Positions 59,262 through 64,000 of a stretch of DNA of 64,000 nt are shown here, piece after piece. The translations under genes were made by a program, and so were the position numbers. The notes beneath the pieces were generated by a model, which was given only the letters and a program-made list of their open reading frames with translations, ran no database searches and was not told the origin of the DNA. The stretch lies in assembly GCA_964270895.1 (NCBI GenBank), contig OZ185441.1; one strand, 5' to 3'. Position 1 is the stretch's first letter, and the number at the start of each line of letters is the position of its first letter. This DNA comes from Podarcis filfolensis. Taxonomy: Eukaryota.

Positions 59262-61637
59262 ATGACGATGTCTTTGGACCAATGCCCCCTGGTGAAGAGC
59301 TGGCTGCTGCAGCTGATTCTAATCCACAGAGTCTGGGAAATGGGAAATGGCCAGCTCCATTACTCTGTCCTGGAAGAATCCCAGCATGGCACCTTCGTGG
59401 GCCGCATTGCCCAGGATCTGGGGCTGCAGGTGGAGGAGCTTATGCCTCGCATGTTCCGGATGATATCCCAAGGCCATGAGGACTACTTAGAGGTAAATGT
59501 CCAAAATGGAATTTTATTTGTTAATTCCCGGATAGATCGAGAGGAGATGTGCGCCAAGACCCTTGTATGCATGATTCACCTGGAGGTGATCCTGGATAAA
59601 CCCTTGAGAGTCTTTCATGTGGAAGTGGAGATCAAGGATATCAATGACAATGCTCCTATATTCCCAGCTGCTGGGCAAACCCTGATTGTTCCTGAATCTA
59701 GACTTCCAGGTTCATCCTTCCCACTAGAGGGAGCTTCTGATGACGATATTGGTTCAAACTCTCATCTCAGCTACAAACTCAGTCCCAATGAGTATTTCAC
59801 CTTGGATGTTCAAAACAATGAGAAGCATGGTGAGTCTTTAGTTCTTGTGTTAAAGAAACCTCTTGATCGAGAATTAACTCACGTATACAATTTATTGCTT
59901 ACGGCCACTGATGGAGGAAAACCAGAGCAAACTGGCACAGCTCAGTTGCTAATCAGTGTGCTGGATACGAATGATAATGCACCAGTTTTTAATCAGTCTG
60001 TGTATCAAGTTAAAGTTTTTGAAAATGCAAAAATAGGAACGTTAATAATCTGTCTCAATGCAACAGATCTCGATGAAGGAATTAACAAAGACATTATATA
60101 TTCAATTCGAAGTGTTAACCCACAGAATTTAGGTGCACTGATTAGTTTAGATTCAAGCAATGGACAAATCATATTAAATGGAGAACTTGATTTTGAAAGT
60201 ATTAAGTTAGGTGAAATTAGGGTAGAAGCAACAGACAAAGGCTCCCCACCAATGAAAGGACATTGTAAAGTCCTGATTGAGGTCTTGGATGTGAATGACA
60301 ATGCTCCTGAGATATCAGTCTCATCACTGTCAGTGCCAGTGCCAGAGGACTCCCCACTAGGGACAGTGGTGGCCCTGCTCAGCATTTCTGACAGAGATGT
60401 TGGTGCCAATGGACAAGTAAGCTGCTCCTTGTGGCCACCTGGGCTCCCCTTCAAGCTGATGTCCAACTTCAAGAATTATTATTCACTGGTGATAGCTCAG
60501 CCTCTGGATCGGGAGAAAGTAGCTGAATATAGACTGTTGGTGATGGCACAAGATCAAGGGGAGCCATTGTTGTCAACCAGCAACAGTCTGGTTGTGCCCA
60601 TCAGTGATGTAAATGACAATGCACCTACATTTGCACAACCCTCCTACATGGTCTTTGTGAAGGAGAACAACCCACCGGGTGCTCACATCTTCACTGTGTC
60701 TGCCTCAGACCCAGATGTGGCTGAGAATGCTCTGGTTAGCTACTCGATGGATGACAAGCTTTGGCCCCTGACAAGCTACATCTCGGTGCACTCGGAGAGT
60801 GGGAAGGTCTATGCCTTGCAACCCTTGGACTATGAGGAGCTGAAGCTGCTGGAGTTCCAAGTGAGGGCCAAGGATGCTGGGCTGCCCTCCTTATGTGGCA
60901 ACGTGACTATTCAGGTCTTTGTGGTGGATGAGAATGATAATGCACCAGCAGTGTCTGAGCCAGAGGAGGCACCCATCTTGCTGGCAGCCCCACTAGAAGC
61001 TGGACGTGTAGTGGGAAAGATCCGTGCCTTGGATGCTGACTCAGGCTACAATGCATGGCTGCGCTATGAATTGCATGATGCGAAAAGTGGTCCTTGGCGT
61101 GTTGGGTTATACAGTGGTGAGATCAGTACAACCCAAGCCCTGGATGAGACAGAAGGTGGCAGCAGCCAGAATCTGCTGATAGTAGTGAAGGATCATGGCA
61201 AACCAGTGTTGTCAGCCACAGTCACATTCAGTATATCACTGATATCAAGTGCTCAGGCTGTTCACACTGATACCCGGCTTCCCATGTTGGGAGTGAACTC
61301 AGGATCCTTGGCAGACAATTCCAATATCTACCTGATCATTGCCATCTGCTCAGTTTCCACATTGTTTCTGCTGGCAATCATTGTGTATATGGCTCTGCGA
61401 TGTCAGTGTCAACCCAAGGAGCCCGTGATGTATGGTCCTGGCACAGCCACACTGGTTTGTGCCAGCGAAGTGGGCAGCTGGTCCTATTCAAATCGCCACA
61501 GCCATATCCTGGCAGCTCCAGCAGGGGAGGCTGGTGCCAAGAATGACCTCATGGTTTTTACCCCCAACATACCTATCTTTTCAGAGAATGGGGAACTGCA
61601 GAATGGAAAGGAGCTGGTCCCAAATATATCTGGGCAG
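59262..61637 (+). CDS. PCDHA: Protocadherin-alpha variable exon V8
   Basis: 792 codons, alpha signatures. Phase-0 donor CAG|GTGAGA at 61637/61638. Confidence 0.95.
59721..59734 (+). promoter_or_regulatory. Exonic CTCF-like site in V8 EC2
   Basis: CCACTAGAGGGAGC, identical to the V1 site. Confidence 0.65.
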
Positions 61638-62596
61638 GTGAGATGTAAAGAGAGTTTGCTTTCTTTAATTTTTCTGATGTGTTATCATGTGGAGTCACTA
61701 GCAACATAAAAAGTAAATTTTCCCATTGAAATTTTCTTAGAGAATGAGATTTCTGATAGCACACAAAGCTTGTCTTTTGGGGGTTATTATGATTAATTTT
61801 AAACAATTTTGCATTTACTTTGTACAACTCTGTTTTAAAGTGAAATTTGCAATACTTGTTTATGGTGCCGCTTAGATAATGTGGGACTTTTTTTGTTTTG
61901 CTGAAATGGGAAATTATATGGAGGCTTAATTTTTAAATTTATTAATTCATCTCTCTGTTCATTATTTTTCATAGCTGATGGATGGCTGAGCTCATTCTTC
62001 TGTCATTAACTGCAACCACCTAATAAGGCACCTAAGAGGTTTTTTTTATCCATTTCTGTGCATTTTTGTTCTATTGATTCCAAGGCAAATGCTGCTCAAA
62101 GATTTGTAGACTTCAAAGCTTAACTTCAGATATTACCACTCTGTTTTAATGTCCTCCTTTAATGTCCTTCGTAGCTGTCATAGCCAAGGGAGAACTGCTG
62201 TTCGCTGAATGAATGACTTATTGTGAATGAACACACATCCACTGACAAGCTTAAGTCTATATTAATTCATAATTTAGTGTCAATCTAAGACATGGTTTGT
62301 TCTATTTGGGGTGTATTTTAAGAAAGGATTAAAATAAGGGAAGATATGGGGAGTGGAGAAGAAGGTGCTTAACTCTTTCCCCCTCCAGTTGCTTTTTCTG
62401 TTCCCCACTGTTGCTTTCTCTCTTGCAGAATTCCAAATGTATGTTTGCAATGGCAAATGCTTTTGGGACTCCATTCAGAGGGGAACATTTGGCAGGGAAG
62501 TGATAGATGGGGTAATAGTTAAGCATGCCCCCCCACTCTGTTTCTTTGCTCAGAATTACCCCCTTAGAAATAGCATCCATTAATAGGGTTAAAATA

Positions 62597-62928
62597 CAGG
62601 CACACCTCCTTTTATTGTGTTTCACAGATATTGCTCCTTATGAGGCTATGGGTGCAGCTGCAGGAAGCCTGGCTGCTTCCAGGGGAAGGAAGCCCTGTCC
62701 CCGCCAGCCCCTGCCCCTCTTCTGGCCTTGGGAGTAGAGCTGTCTAGGGCTGGAGCTGGGTTTTCCCCCTCTTGCCCCTGCAGTTAGGGAGGCCTGGCTT
62801 AATAGATGACAATATAACTTCAATATGCACTGGGAAACAAACAAAAAAAGTGTGTCTTGCTTTATTGTGATATTTGCTTTATTGTGGTGCTCTGGAACCA
62901 AACCTACAATATCTTTGAGGTATGCCTG
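62597..62928. mobile_element. Tigger1-like (pogo) non-autonomous element
   Basis: TIR CAGGCACACCTC / GAGGTATGCCTG with TA on both sides. Subterminal GCTTTATTG repeats as in Tigger1 ends. Confidence 0.75.
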
Positions 62929-63261
62929 TACATTTGTTTGTTTTGTATCACAAAAAAATTTTTACATTTTTTAAAAAATGTAACTTGTAGTTAGGATCTT
63001 AGAGTGAATTTGTATGGACAATTCTGAGAGAATATTCTTTCTTTCTTTGGCAATCACTCGTAGCTGAGTAAGATTGTTAGAAAGACTTGTCTTTTGGTTC
63101 CCATTCAGTTTTTGTGTGTATTGACCAACATTATATACCATCCCTAAGATACTCAACTGACACTTCTCAGCTGCTAGTAAATTACTAGCTTTCATCCTTC
63201 TGGCCAGTTTCTGTTGGCTCACCAGCAATGGCTATTCCTTGACAGAGATAGCCTTGACACA

Positions 63262-63830
63262 GAAATCCATGTTCTGTCAACCGCCTGCTTGGATTATTGT
63301 TGGTGTGGTGTTACTCTTGAAGACTGAAGCTTCAGCTAGTATGGAATGCAGTTGCCAGGTTGTTAAGTGGGTCAGCCAGCTGTTCCTGAAGACTGCCAAT
63401 GGACTTCCTGGCTGAAATCAAGGTGTTAGTGGTGATTTATGAAGCCCTAAATTACTTGCAACCTAAGTACTTGAAAGAATGTCTCTTCCTATATTGCCTT
63501 GCCTGGATACTAAGTTCCTTCTGGAGAGGCCCTTTTCAGTGTCCTGTTGCCAGGAGTTGAATACCATGTGGCAATACCAGAGAGAGCCTATTCAATGGTA
63601 GCATCACATCCACTCTAAGGAATGGCAGCTTCTGACTCAGTTTTCTCTTTGATGCCAACTTAAAGCATGGTTCTTTACTCAAGCATTTGAGATTCATTAA
63701 GTTGTTCAGCTGAGATTGCAGGAGATTCCATTATGTGATTTTACCATTGATAGTATTTATTGATTTTAACTGTTCTCTAAAGATTATTACAGATTTGCTA
63801 TTTAAAATATAGTTTTATTGTATCCCACCC
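63262..63830 (+). mobile_element. L2-clade LINE 3' fragment, degraded
   Basis: L2 C-terminal-like stretches (TTGGATTATTG, CTTCAGCTAGTATGGAATGCAG, TATGAAGCCCTAAAT) and an L2-like tail. Boundaries approximate. Confidence 0.55.
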
Positions 63831-64000
63831 TGCAATCCATTGTGATGAAATGTAGGCTATGGTATTAAAATAAATTAATTGAGCTTTATTTCCATAGCAC
63901 AAATTGGGATGCAACAACCTCTTAGGCATTTGTGAGCCTCTCTGAAGAAATACCAGCAGCTGTTAAACTACAACAAAAAGCGGGGGGAAATGCTTGATAA

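Noticed and set aside
1862-60472. Recurrent minus-strand ORFs over the variable exons (e.g. 14842-15306, 26359-26865, 43617-44027, 60005-60472) that resemble each other
   Set aside because: Antisense shadows of homogenised paralogous coding sequence. Their similarity follows from the sense-strand identity, with no independent protein signature.
1-64000. Pcdh-alpha constant exons, alpha-C isoforms, or beta/gamma identity
   Set aside because: I recognised no PRQPNPDW-type constant coding sequence. All eight exons carry alternate-alpha signatures ([28 protein letters not shown]).

Overview
Vertebrate genomic DNA, most likely a lacertid lizard (inferred from Sauria/Squam1-type SINEs and a lizard-type TE landscape). 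The window covers part of the variable region of the clustered protocadherin-alpha (PCDHA) locus. It holds eight intact, tandem, + strand variable exons (called V1-V8 here, 786-801 codons). Each encodes a signal peptide, six cadherin repeats, a TM helix and a variable cytoplasmic tail, and ends at a phase-0 GT donor. I recognised no constant exons or alpha-C exons. Each exon has a CSE/CTCF-type element 205-288 bp upstream of its ATG, and most carry an exonic CTCF-like motif written in the EC2 codons FPLEGA. The intergenic DNA contains L1, L2, CR1 and RTE-like LINE fragments, SINEs, MITEs, a solo LTR and a 3'-truncated 7SK retrocopy with a 16-bp TSD. The most interesting observations: (1) several CSEs and all exonic CTCF sites have no CpG, so they cannot be gated by methylation as in the mammalian promoter-choice model; (2) a second conserved promoter motif about 55 bp after the CSE; (3) a tailless 7SK retrocopy; (4) a microsatellite-born candidate splice acceptor followed directly by TAA; (5) a reverse-oriented CTCF-like site inside the array; (6) pairwise gene-conversion mosaics. 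All counts and alignments were done by eye and no database searches were run, so TE family names and TE boundaries without TSDs are approximate.
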